The notes under the pieces: generated by a model
Databases searched by the model: none
What the model was told of the DNA's origin: nothing
What the model saw: only the letters and a program-made list of their open reading frames with translations
Made by a program: the position numbers and the translations under genes
Source: Dicyema japonicum
Lineage: Eukaryota; Animalia; Dicyemida
Reading direction: 5' to 3'
Assembly (NCBI GenBank): GCA_011109175.1
Contig: RDEW01000003.1
Location: forward strand, 1,311,528-1,375,527
DNA length: 64,000 bases
Shown: one piece after another, positions 24,295 through 36,531 of the stretch
Numbering within the stretch: the stretch's first letter is position 1
How the letters are laid out: the number at the start of each line of letters is the position of its first letter

Positions 24295-24737
24295 TTAATT
24301 ATTATTCTTAACAATAGTCTCCTTTATATCAAAATGTTCTTTAAGCCACAGTGGAGTGCAATTCACAAACGAGTTTTCTGTGAAGGGCAGTAAAGTGCAT
24401 TTCTTCATTGGATAATAAATGCTGGGGAAGTGAACATTTTCATATTTTTGAATCACTTCCAATTTGTCAGAATACATGTACGGGACCACGGGACCACATC
24501 GATGTGTGTGACTCTCTCCATATCTCATTAACACTGGCTCCCTCACGCATAACCAGACACTACAACCTGCTTCGATTTGAGCACATTATTACTGCCTTAA
24601 TGATCCTCCTACCAAAACTGTAAGATTCTTCTAATTTTTTGGCTACAAAGTAGTTGAGTCCGTCAATGGCTGTAGGAAAGTCTAATTTTAAGTGAAAATT
24701 CAAATTACTTCGTTTTCCTAGGATATCCTATCAATGA
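24295..24737 (-). CDS. 3' end of a LicD/FKRP-like phosphotransferase (partial, runs into gap)
   Basis: Spliced RIIKAVVVSDMERVTHIDVVPWSLIQKYENVHFPSIYYPMKKCTLLPF...WLKEHF weakly parallels FKRP RVQYSESNHLHVDLWPF...VEFPEHFLQPLVPLPF...FLELKFG. Confidence 0.4.
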
Positions 24738-25737
24738 NNNNNNNNNNNNNNNNNNNNNNNNNNNNNNNNNNNNNNNNNNNNNNNNNNNNNNNNNNNNNNN
24801 NNNNNNNNNNNNNNNNNNNNNNNNNNNNNNNNNNNNNNNNNNNNNNNNNNNNNNNNNNNNNNNNNNNNNNNNNNNNNNNNNNNNNNNNNNNNNNNNNNNN
24901 NNNNNNNNNNNNNNNNNNNNNNNNNNNNNNNNNNNNNNNNNNNNNNNNNNNNNNNNNNNNNNNNNNNNNNNNNNNNNNNNNNNNNNNNNNNNNNNNNNNN
25001 NNNNNNNNNNNNNNNNNNNNNNNNNNNNNNNNNNNNNNNNNNNNNNNNNNNNNNNNNNNNNNNNNNNNNNNNNNNNNNNNNNNNNNNNNNNNNNNNNNNN
25101 NNNNNNNNNNNNNNNNNNNNNNNNNNNNNNNNNNNNNNNNNNNNNNNNNNNNNNNNNNNNNNNNNNNNNNNNNNNNNNNNNNNNNNNNNNNNNNNNNNNN
25201 NNNNNNNNNNNNNNNNNNNNNNNNNNNNNNNNNNNNNNNNNNNNNNNNNNNNNNNNNNNNNNNNNNNNNNNNNNNNNNNNNNNNNNNNNNNNNNNNNNNN
25301 NNNNNNNNNNNNNNNNNNNNNNNNNNNNNNNNNNNNNNNNNNNNNNNNNNNNNNNNNNNNNNNNNNNNNNNNNNNNNNNNNNNNNNNNNNNNNNNNNNNN
25401 NNNNNNNNNNNNNNNNNNNNNNNNNNNNNNNNNNNNNNNNNNNNNNNNNNNNNNNNNNNNNNNNNNNNNNNNNNNNNNNNNNNNNNNNNNNNNNNNNNNN
25501 NNNNNNNNNNNNNNNNNNNNNNNNNNNNNNNNNNNNNNNNNNNNNNNNNNNNNNNNNNNNNNNNNNNNNNNNNNNNNNNNNNNNNNNNNNNNNNNNNNNN
25601 NNNNNNNNNNNNNNNNNNNNNNNNNNNNNNNNNNNNNNNNNNNNNNNNNNNNNNNNNNNNNNNNNNNNNNNNNNNNNNNNNNNNNNNNNNNNNNNNNNNN
25701 NNNNNNNNNNNNNNNNNNNNNNNNNNNNNNNNNNNNN
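24738..25737. other. Assembly gap (N run)
   Basis: Run of N. Confidence 1.
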
Positions 25738-26590
25738 TCCATCTTTAAACCCAACAGCAAAACGCTGACAATCAGTGAACAAGCAGATTGAAGTCGCCGG
25801 TCTGTAGTGCCGAGTCCACATATTGTGGACTTCTTCGAGTAAATCCAAAGAGAGTGTCTACCATAATAAGACAAACTCACCTTAATGAGAAACCCATCCG
25901 TGATTATTACCAGATTATTCAGCTCAGTCGCTGTTTGAAAGATCGTTGATTTTCCAGGAAATGTAAAAAGCTCAGATTTGAAGAGGACCAAATGAGTCCT
26001 TTCGTATTTTACTTCAAAAATCTTAAATTTTAGGAAATCAGTACTTTTATGTTATTTGAAGTCACAACCACGAATTGTCTCCCGTTGGAAAGACTGCATA
26101 TTCCTCGAAGGGTGGTTTCAAGATTAAACACGTGGAGCACTTTTCTAAGATTCGAGTCAATCAACTTTAAAATAAAGATTCCAGAATTACCAAAATCTTC
26201 CCAGTTTCGGAGTTCCAAGCGAGTATTCTGTCCATACTAGGAAGAACTGGCAGACAGGCGTTTACTTTCTCAGGAAAGACCTCTGAGAAGTTTTCCTGGA
26301 TGACATTAAGGAATCCACCATTCATTTCATCGTCAATTACAAAAATATTCTATTTGGATAGCCAAAGATTACTTCGTGGTCACTAGTTTGAGAAAATGTG
26401 ACTATCTTCCGACCAAGTGTAATGACTCGATCAACCTCAATGGACTGAGTTAACATAATATCTTTATCGATGGATTTTTGGAAGTGGAAGGACTTTGACG
26501 TTATGTAAAATTTCAATAATTTCCATAAATATGCAGATTTGTATGAATTGATTTGTTTACTGCATTATTAAGTTAAATTTCATACGTCAT
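25738..26590 (-). CDS. WD40-repeat protein, 5' part (runs into gap)
   Basis: Open spliced frame from ATG 26590 through five microintrons, ending HYRPATSICLFTDCQRFAVGFKDG (WD40-like). Confidence 0.65.
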
Positions 26591-26734
26591 TCACTAACTT
26601 TTATCACCATGCAACATAATTTTCAAACAAAGTAATAGTTTTTGGTTCATCCACAAAAAGAATTTTAGGCGGCAAACTTATTTATTTATTTAAAATTAAT
26701 AAAAGCTTTTAAATTTTATTAATAAAAACAATAA

Positions 26735-28104
26735 TTAACAAAATTTAAGTGCATAATTAATAATTATTTTTAATTAAATAATTAAATTGTCAAACTCTCA
26801 ACAATGCACAGCCACAACGTGTCTTATAAGAAGGGTATACATCACTCCTCTCAATTCCTATTCTTGAGACCACACTGGATCCCAGAAAAGCGCACGAGGA
26901 GAAAATGAGAAATATGATTGAGGCCTTCGAGATCACTTAATTAATTTAGTAATTAAATTAACTATTGGTGTTCTTGGGTTAATAATAATAATGGAAGGTC
27001 TAAGGGTTTTTTTTAATGTCCAATTGGTATCAAGCGCCTTTATGACGGCGAACCACATGACATCCTATAAAAATAAGCCGTGTCACATAATTAGTTTGCT
27101 TTGAAACCTTTTAGGTGATCTTTGGTTTTTAGATAAATAAATTTTAAATTAAAAATCTAAGAGAACTGTTTAACTCTGTCAGAGCTGTTTTCAATTTCCA
27201 TCCACCTCGCCGAGAGCAATCGATCTACGCTAGAAACTTATATTTACCGTCTCAGATTAATAATAGCTGACCTCTTAGTTATAGTGAGGCCAGTGTATCT
27301 TAACTAACTAANATTAACAAAATTTAATTGCATAATTAATAATTATTTTTAATTAAATAATTAAATTGTCAAACTCTCAACAATACAGAGCCACAACGTG
27401 TCTTATAAGAAGGGTATACATCACTCCTCTCAATTCCTATTCCCGAGACCACACTGGATCCTAGAAAAGCGCACGAGGAGAAAATGAGAAATATGATTGA
27501 GGCCTTCGAGATCACTTAACTAATTTAGTAATTAAATTAACTATTGGTGTTCTTGGGTTAATAATAATAATGGAAGGTCTAAGGGTTTTTTTAATGTCCA
27601 ATTGGCATCAAGCGCCTCCATGACGGCGAACGGACGGACGGAAAAATCTTTATTAGGCAAAAAACAAATGTTAAGTAATCAGGGNCACGAGGAGAAAATG
27701 AGAAATATGATTGAGGCCTTCGAGATCACTTAACTAATTTAGTAATTAAATTAACTATTGGTGTTCTTGGGTTAATAATAATAATGGAAGGTCTAAGGTT
27801 TTTTTTAATGTCCAATTGGTATCAAGCGCCTCCATGACGGCGAACCACATGACATCCTATAAAAATAAGCCGTGTCACATAATTAGTTTGCTTTGAAACC
27901 TTTTAGGTGATCTTTGGTTTTTAGATAAATAAATTTTAAAGTAAAAAATCAAAGAGAACTGCTTAACTCTGTCAGAGCTGTTTTCAATTTCCGTCCACCT
28001 CGCCGAGAGCAAGCGATCTATGCTAGAAACTCATATTTACCGTCTCAGATTAATAATAGCTGACCTCTTAGTTATAGTGAGGCCGGTGTATCTTAACTAA
28101 CTAA
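26735..28104 (+). repeat. Overlapping duplicated or triplicated segment at Ns 27312 and 27685, containing LINE 3' ends
   Basis: Near-identical copies. AHEEKMRNMIEAFEIT* parallels the LINE end KHRERMRTLAERIEIT* (35353); tails CTTGGGTTAATAATAAT and CTTAACTAACTAA. Confidence 0.75.
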
Positions 28105-29191
28105 CGTTGTCATTTAATTAAAAAATTCAACGAGAAGGGTTATGGTTAAGACAAAAGATCGGAATAGCCATACTCCAAGGGAACTCGTTCGCAATTCACG
28201 CAGCAGGCTTCCTCAACTGACATTTGTTTAATTGTTAAAAAAAAATTTTTGTTAACAAAATTAAAAAATTTATTTAAATAAAATATTTTATAAGATAAAA
28301 GTTAATAGCTACAACTTTCATAAACTGAGTTCGTATGATTTCACCCTGAGTGCTCAGGGAGAGCCATTGTGTTGTTCTAACCTCTCCCTTGTAATTAGAC
28401 GTGGTTTTAATTTTCTTAATATCATCTTGTTCTATCAACTATATAAATTTAATATGCTGATATAGATAAGAGGTGGTGGAATAATAATTGAGGAAGCTCT
28501 AACTCGCAGAGACTATGCAAGAACTGAGAATTATCTCTCATGATTGAAACCCCAGTGTTCTGGGCAAACCATGTGTTGTTTTAGGCTCTCTTTGTGATGA
28601 GGCATGAACTTAATTATTTTAATTTCATGCTGTTTATAATATGTACCGTAAATATGCTTACATAGTTAAGAGGTGGTCGAGTGATAGCTGAAAAGTGAAG
28701 TGGCTCTTAGGCTTAGGTTTTGATGGACTCTAACAATAATCACCAAGATTACTCGAATTATTATTAACAAGGAGGAATTATCTCTTGAATTATTCATCAA
28801 CCTCTGGAAATCAAGATTGAGGATTAAAGTGATCCGATTCCATTGATTATTCGATGTCCATCCATTTACCGCCTCTCCTTTCAAGTGAATGAAATCGGTA
28901 ACTAACAAAAACCGGAAACACTAAGAGATCAGTCAATTTGCGGTGGAGAAATCGAAGGTGTGTCGTGAAAGATAAAAGACTACTTGTTCGAGGAAAAAAT
29001 TTGAAAACAGTCCAGTACTAAATACTTTGCTTCTTTATACAGTTTGTCTTGAATTAAAATTATTAATTAACGAATATTGTATTTAACGTCATTATAATAA
29101 AGATGAATATTTAAAGTAATAATTTTAATTAAAAAAAATTTAAATTATAATAATAATAGTAGATTTATAATTTAAATAATTATCAGGCCAT

Positions 29192-29976
29192 ATGTCATCT
29201 GAGTACAGTAATGATTAAAACTAAGGAAATTAAAAAAGAAGTTGAAAATTAAAATAAACGACGAGGAGAATAATTTCATCGAAAATTACGATTCCTCACT
29301 CCGTCTTTCCCCCAATATTCCTTTAGACACAATCCGCACCTTTATAAATCCCCCCTCAGAAGCGTGCTATCGGGAATGGCTCATTTATAACCGTAAAGTT
29401 TTGAATAATTTTAGTGTTCACTTTCTGCGAGAACATTGGCCTAATTTTCAACCCAATTTCTATTTTCTGTGAGGGACACTGCGAGAATATGCCGGCTTCT
29501 CCCACGTTCTCATTCTTAAGCTATAATAGCCGGAATTATCAATGGGTGGATTCAAAAGGGAAGCTAAAAAGCTACTCAGCCTTCAAGTATGTCATTATGG
29601 CTCTGGACATGATCGACAATTCCATGGAAGACCCCTCCTTCGAATCAGGTTTCACTATTCCCTCATTTCAGAGACAAACTTGAGCTCATTTCACACCAAG
29701 ATCGCCAGTTTGTTCGAACTGCTCTTTCGGGTCCTCTCGCACATTCTTTTCGTCCATTACCAGAAGTTGACCGAAATGGACCTCAACGGTTACTGTAATC
29801 TGATCTTCGTCCATTTCATGCTGTTTGTGGAACACTTCAATCTCGTTGGGGCCGATGAGTGCTCCATTCTAAGCAAAAGTCTCTCAAAGTTCTTAAATGA
29901 AGGCCAAAAGCCTGTTGAGAGCATCATGACTCTTGAGTCTGATAATTATAATTACTCAATCAATGTGAATGATTGA
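29192..29976 (+). CDS. MOB2: MOB kinase activator, MOB2-like (four 22-24 nt introns)
   Basis: Spliced REWLIYN, YQWVDSKGKLKSYSAFKYV and LLFRVLSHILFVHYQKLTEMDLNGYCNLIFVHFMLFVEHFNLV match MOB2 (YYWYDERGKKVKCTAPQYV...LFHVLAHIYWAHF...HLNTLYVHFILFAREFNLL). Confidence 0.85.
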
Positions 29977-30085
29977 TTTTTGGCTTTTGCCGTCAATAAA
30001 TTATTTTTTCTGTACAATAAATTTTCATCTGCCTCGTCCTCGTGGAATTTTAGGTGGATGAGCTGTGACGCCACTTGAACTATAA

Positions 30086-30310
30086 GTTTTATTTATTAAC
30101 CCAGTTTCCACGGTCGCCTATGTAGGGAACATCCAATCTCATAAACAAGTATATCCAGAACCAACGGGAATTGAAGCATACTTCAGTTTTTTCAGCTGTG
30201 GGAATTTGTCAGTAATGTGGGTGAGAGGAAATTGTCCTTTTCTTACCATCCTGTCACTGGCATCTGAGACAGGTGGATCACACGACGCCAGTCTAGTAGA
30301 ACGAAAGTAG
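30086..30310 (-). mobile_element. Short non-autonomous retroelement copy (family of 36043-36405)
   Basis: Shares GACAGGTGGATCACAyGACGCCA and CCAGTTTCCAC with the 36 kb copy; GGGTTAATAAATAAA tail on the - strand. Confidence 0.55.
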
Positions 30311-31377
30311 ACAGCAGTAGATGAAGAGTGTAGTTTGATATCCTAACCATAACCTACCTGAGTCTTGATGTTATATTCCTTTAAGTAGGACATTCATATT
30401 TTAAGAATCTTAATTTGTTGATACAGCTTTATTTGTGTTGTCTAAAATTTTGTGTTTTTCGGTTTTTTCTATCTGATATTGTTATTGTCTCCGTTTTGGT
30501 CACTCGCTTTGGTAATGTCCACCATTCTAACAGTTGAGCTTGTAGCTTAGTGGCTAAGGTATATTAACAACACTTTGTGGGTTCACATTCGTGTTATGCC
30601 AGACGTGTTGTGTTTGACCTTGATTGATTTTTGAATTATATACCTAATTAACCTTTTCAAGTTTAACTGCTTCTTGTAAAATCACCTTGGCCCTTAAAAT
30701 CTACATGATTCTTGTACTAAAGTCGTGTGTTACACTCTTTGCGGAGACCGCGGGTAGTTCAACTTCAAGGAAGCAAAGACCCCCTTCTACGCATCCTTTT
30801 GACAGTTTGTGAAGACTTTTACTAATTGAGGTTATATTTGACCAAATTATTCATTTTATTTCCCAGGGTCACTGATTAAAGAATGACCTCATCTCATGAC
30901 TAGTTAACCACGTGGTTAATTGGTCAGAAAATTTGTGTAACGATGTAGCTCTATTGCTCATAATATCTACTTAGCAGTAAACAGATGAAAGTCCTTGTCT
31001 TCATTCTTTTTGTAAACATGAAAGAGGTGTTCAATTTTTTGAGTTAAACGGGCGTTATAAAAAATTAATTTTACTTAAAATTTAAATAAATAATGTGACC
31101 TGTTTCCATAAAATGATCTATATTTATTGGACGGGTGTTAAGCTGCTACGAGACTCATTAGGCCATTTTTCACTTTAAGTGTCAAAAAAGTCGCAATCTC
31201 AAAAATATGGAGACGTGGGTGGTGTTATATATTGCTCATCTCCTGAGGTAGCGTTAAATGAAACCCTAGACCATACTTCCATAGCTCAAATTAACATTAA
31301 ATTATTGGATGGGCATAACATTTTTCCTTAGATACAGTTTCTATAAGTGACTTGTTTTCTAAATATAAAAAACAAGT

Positions 31378-31822
31378 CAGTAGGACCCCGTTCTGGAGCA
31401 CTAAGTGCGTCAAAAACCGAAGGTGCTCCAAAATCCGAGAATAAAAATAATTTGCTTAACATCAAAATTAATAATGAATAAGCAAGTTTTATTAAAAATA
31501 ATCCGTTATTTTTTCCCTACATTCTTTGTTTTTTAATATCTTCAGATAAAATCTTACGAAACTCGTAATATTTTGTTAGAGTTTGTGGCATAAATTTATG
31601 AATACCTTTTTCTAATTCATTCTATGGACAATATTTTCGATGTAATTTTCTTCAATTGAATGAGCATTGTCGTGTTTTAATATTCTATGTTCATTTATTT
31701 TCTGCCAACAATTTTCAATCAAAAATTTCCAAATTTGGGAATTAATACTTAAAAATAGGCATGATTCACAAAGTGCCCCAAAATCCGAGGGTGGGGTTTG
31801 GCTTGGGGCGTGGTCGGACTGT
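31378..31822 (-). mobile_element. Internally deleted Tigger/pogo element
   Basis: CAGT-type ends (cagtaggacc at left, ggtcggactgta at right), GTGCyCCAAAATCCGAG subterminal repeats as in the 15-16 kb element, and a LIENCWQK transposase C-terminal motif. Confidence 0.7.
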
Positions 31823-31959
31823 AATATGTACCACATAATTAGTCATAAAATATTAATTAAAAAATTAAACATTAATTGTTTATGAATTTTATAGATTTCT
31901 TTATTTAATTATTATGGCTGTGAGTAGTGATTCTATTTGTGCAAAAATTTTGAGTTTTA

Positions 31960-32150
31960 AAGACTGGGCAAGACATGAGCACATATTCACCAAAGCAATC
32001 CGAAGACTGGTTTGGAACTACCTACTGGATGGCCTTCCCCCTCTGGTTGATGACTCGGAGACAACCCTAGACAGAGACACGAGGAAGAGTCTAGCACAAT
32101 TACGCTCTGGACAGTTCCTCCTAAAAGATGAATCGGGCTCTTGGCTTCAG
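31960..32150 (+). mobile_element. I/ingi-like LINE C-terminal relic
   Basis: PPLVDDSETTLDRDTRKSLAQLRSG motif. Confidence 0.7.
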
Positions 32151-32837
32151 ACCAGTTATCATTGATTTTTCAAAGAACTTTCTCCTGCCCAGGACCTGTG
32201 GAAACTTGGGATTCTGGATTCCCCCAGTTCCTTCTCTTAACTCTTCAACTAGATATGATCCACCTGTTCATTACCAAAGGATCTTTTGCTCTCCCCCACT
32301 TCACTAATGAGGTTCCCATAATTCAATGATCGGATATTATCATCTCTTTCTCCTGGTTCTGGTTAAACTTGTGTCTGAAATTCCAAGGTCTCTACTTCTG
32401 CCCACGTGGTACTGGATACATTTAATAGCTACTGTTGACCTCTCAGTGTACCCTTGTTAATAAATTAGATTGTTCTATTGGTCACGTGGACTAAATACAT
32501 CAATCACTAAGTCAATTAAGTCAAAGTTATTTTCTAGGACGTCATATCTTAATTGGTTCTTTGTGATTCCGGATGGCTCCAAGGTAGAAAGACAAATCCA
32601 CAATCTAATTAAGGCATATCTCTACAGGGTTGTTATCGATAAGCGGGTCAGTGACGTTGGATTACGCAAATATTAAGATTTAATCTTTAGTTGATATAAT
32701 TTCGAACAGATTTCCACGAAAATCGCTTATCGCAATCAAAATTCAATTTATAATTCCGACTAACGCTATCACAATTTATTGCACGTTCGATCTAACCCGA
32801 CTATTCCTGGTGTCGCCAGTCATAATAGGAGAATACA

Positions 32838-34715
32838 ATGTCCTTTACTACGGAGAACCAAAAAACCGTAATCGTACGGAACAAGGAACGAACTTCCCAG
32901 CGATACGTCAAGAATTCGTTCATATACAGAAATGACCAAAAATGTTGTCCAACTAGAAAAAGCGAAAATCTGACGTTATATGTTATCGGACTTGTAGTGA
33001 TAGCATGCCAATCACCCCCCTCTCGATCATTCTGGACCGAATTAGCAAGACCAGGGAGAAGATCGCTAATGTGAAAAGTCTGACCGCAAAGTTGCTTCAT
33101 AAATAATTTTTAGCCCCGAAAAACCGAACAATCAAAAACGTAAACAAAATAGTAAATTGAGCTTTAGTGGCTGTCGAAATTTTGACCAGCTCAGAGTTGG
33201 AGTTGGAAAAATGCATAGAAAGTTTACTTTCTCTCCCCATGGACAAGTCAATAAGGGAGATGACCTCGGATTCCGTAGATCACTGACTAAAGCTTAGTTC
33301 CAAAAAATTCTGACGAATGAACTGTCCTATATAAAGCACATGCAACCCAATGGCAAGCAGGTGACACAATATATCGCTGAAAATTTTACTGGTAAGGTAG
33401 TTGGTGACCCCCTAGAATCGGGAGATTCGATCCCCGAAGAACCTATGGTTAACACCGCGAAAATATCTCGTCATAGAACCTTCAGAAGTGAAATAAAATT
33501 CAACAACGATATCAGAATTTACCACAAAGAGAAAAAACTGACAGTTTTCGACTTCCATGACTTTTAGGTCATACCAAATATCGACAAGTGGGGGATCGAC
33601 ATCTTCACTATCGAAGAACAGTTCCCCAACCGAGTCCTAACTGTGATTGCCTACACTATTTTCATAGTAGACTTTAATTCTTTAGCAGAATTTTAATCTG
33701 GACGCCAAACTGAACATTTGTCGGGAAAAATGGCAAAGTTTCTAGTGCAGTTGGAGGAAATGTACCACAACGATGTTGTTTACCACAACTCTACCCATGC
33801 GGCTGATGTTCTCCAATGTGTCAACGTCTTCTTGAATTTTCCTCGCTTTGAGGTTGTTTTGTTAATATTTAATTTATTAAATAATATTTTAATTATTTTT
33901 TAATTCAATTTTAGGGGGTTTTTTCTGATTGTGAAATTTTTGCCGCTATTTTGGCTGCTGCTGTGCACGATTTGGATCACCCAGGATTTAGCAATCACTT
34001 TCTTATTCGAACAGGTACCTCCCGAATTTCTACTCAGATTCAAATTTGGCGACAACTTACAACGATATCTCCGTTTTGGAGAACCATCACGTGAGCACTG
34101 CCTTCAAGATTATCAAAAAACCGAGCCTTGACATTTTAAGCTCACTCAAGAAAACTGAGCAGACTTATGTGAGGAAAATAATGATCGAAATGGTTCTGGG
34201 CACCGACATGTCCAAACATTATGACCACGTGGCCCAAATGCTGACCATCTCTAAAGCCCTAGAAACTGACCCTAAGAAGTTCTTTCAATCAAGCACAGAG
34301 CGGATCAAAGTAATAGTCCCTTTGATTTTCTTAGGTTCTGAAATCCATGATACACTGCGCTGATATCAGCACTTCTGCCAGGCCCGGTCACATCTATAAA
34401 AAGTGGGTGGACCGGGTGACAAATGAGTTCTTTATACAAGGGGATCTGGAGAAGCTCTTGGGCTATGAACCGAGTCCCATGTGCGACAGAAATAATATTG
34501 ACGTTCAACAGTCGCAGACCACCTTCATTGAATATGTAGCCTTACCGCTGTGGGAAAGCTGGGCGCAAGTTGTGTACCCTTCAGCTGAGGAGATGCTTGT
34601 TTATATGCAAGAGAATAAAGTCAATTTGGGAGACGTTACCTTTAATGAATACAAAATTAATTATGACAAAATTATTGATGAATATGGACTTAAGTATTAT
34701 ACAGAGACAACATAA
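32838..34715 (+). CDS. PDE4: cAMP-specific phosphodiesterase 4 (dunce-like), long form with UCR1 and UCR2
   Basis: UCR1 SQR...NSFIYRND...ITPL; UCR2 [10 protein letters not shown]...GKQVTQYI; catalytic [45 protein letters not shown]. About 10 introns; an extra 5' exon is possible. Confidence 0.95.
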
Positions 34716-35124
34716 TTTGTTAATATTTGAATTAATTTTTATTTATTTAAAAAAATGACTGTTAAGAATGTGAGTCGTGCCTGCTTTCATGATTCATACA
34801 TTTAGGAATAGTCTTTAGTGCGACTTATTGGCTTACATTCACATTTCTTATTAATTGCTCCTTAAATCTTGGTGAGTCATTTGGAGAGTGGTAAGGGAAG
34901 GGTGTAATGACGTGGGAAGCAAATATGTAGTTCTTAATCTAATTGAATATAATTTTTCGAATTTAGATGAAAACACTGCAAATTTTTTTTACATATCGGA
35001 AATTGTCCTTTAATAATACAGACCGGTTAACGTCCAGGGCCGCCATGGTTGAGTAATCGGAGACTCAGTGGCCATCGCGAGAGGCAACGCTAAGTTTATT
35101 ATGTCGGGGGTTAATAAAGAAATG

Positions 35125-36030
35125 TTAGTTAAGTTAGTTAAAAACTTCTTCGCGCAGCCCTAAAAGGGTTTCGCTTGAGCCATGCTTTACAGCTATCCTC
35201 CTCGCCCACGCCATCTTGTTTTTGGCCCAATCGGTCGTAAATTGATGACAGCGACGACCTGGATGATGTTCGAATGAGGGTCAGAAACAAGATACAGGTA
35301 AAAAAATTTTATTTATTTAACACCCAAGACCACGTTAAATTAAAACTAACTATCACGTGATCTCGATGCGCTCCGCCAAAGTCCTCATTCTTTCCCGGTG
35401 CTTTTCCCTTGTACCCACACAAGCTCGTACAGGGCGGCTGACTGTATTTGTAGGGCCACCTTCCCGCATGCCGAAGTTTTGTTTAATGAGGGCCTCCAGA
35501 GTAGTCGGTCCGGTTCTGTGTCTTTCACAAGACAACCGCTCCGTCATTCTAAAAGCCTTCTATTGAACGTCCACAATTTTCTTAGTGTTCGTCCATGATA
35601 ATGAAGGTCCCCACGAAGCACACGCGTACGAGAAGCATGGTTCGATGTATTGATTGTAAATGTTCATCAAGACTGGGTGGGTACTTGTCTTCCATATTCC
35701 AGATAAACATTTTAATACATTGATCCTCTTCTCGCACTTCATAACAACGTTTGCCACGTGTGGTGACAAACATAAGTGTGTATCCAGTGTCACGCCCAAG
35801 ATCTTCTGACATTTGTTGAGGGATTTCAACGTTGTCCAATTTTAACTTGACAGTCATCTTCCCCAACTTTTTGTCCAACGTAACATAGACGTGACCGACA
35901 TTCTGGAATTTATCGTGAGTTGAGTCTGTCCAGGTAAATTTGTAATCTTTCTGTAGCATTTTGGATATCTCGATCACCCGAGGCAAAAACAATGTCGTCC
36001 GCATATGTGAGTAGAATATCGTTATTGGAT
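35125..36030 (-). mobile_element. I/ingi-like LINE relics: RT (YADD) to 3' tail, plus an adjacent second 3' end
   Basis: LLTYADD at about 36000, KILGVTLD and YACASWGP; tail GTCTTGGGTGTTAAATAAATAAAA. Closely similar to 57920-58500. Confidence 0.85.
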
Positions 36031-36042
36031 TCTGCCAGATAT

Positions 36043-36405
36043 TTTTTTATTAACCCTGGATACACCGAGAAAAAAGTTTTTTTTTATTTATTAAGAAGTT
36101 TTTTTTATTAAAAGAAGTTAAAGTAACCAACTAATTAAGTGCATCCAGTTTCCACTTCTACAGAAACAGAGTCCATCCGGAATCAGCATAAAGGGTAAAC
36201 GTCCATTACATGCAGTTGTGGAAACCCCTCCAGTGGAGTGGGGAAGAGCAAATGATCCTTTTTCATGCCGGCCTGGCACTGGGCGTCACCTAGACAGGTG
36301 GATCACATGACGCCATTCTATTAGGAAGAGAGAGGAGGAACAGACAAGCAAGCAAAAAATTTAAGCCAATTAACCACGCAGCACCAGATGGCGCCACGCG
36401 GCAAG
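36043..36405 (-). mobile_element. Short non-autonomous retroelement insertion with 12-bp target-site duplication
   Basis: TCTGCCAGATAT at 36031-36042 and 36406-36417; A-rich tail at left; homolog at 30086-30310. Confidence 0.65.
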
Positions 36406-36531
36406 TCTGCCAGATATAAATTGAATAAAGTAAAAACATTAAACTTGAATGAAAAAAATCAGTTATTTTTATTTATTTAAAAAAATCAAGATTAAATTAA
36501 TTTTAATTTTTAAATAATTTAAAATTTAAAC

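Noticed and set aside
7231-25991. Long ORFs full of X (7231-7842, 18460-19733, 24705-25991)
   Set aside because: Artefacts of translating N gaps.
30536-30601. tRNA gene (TAGCTTAGTGG ... GGTTCACATTC); likewise 3352-3420
   Set aside because: Box A/B-like motifs only; I could not fold a cloverleaf. At most decayed tRNA or SINE heads.
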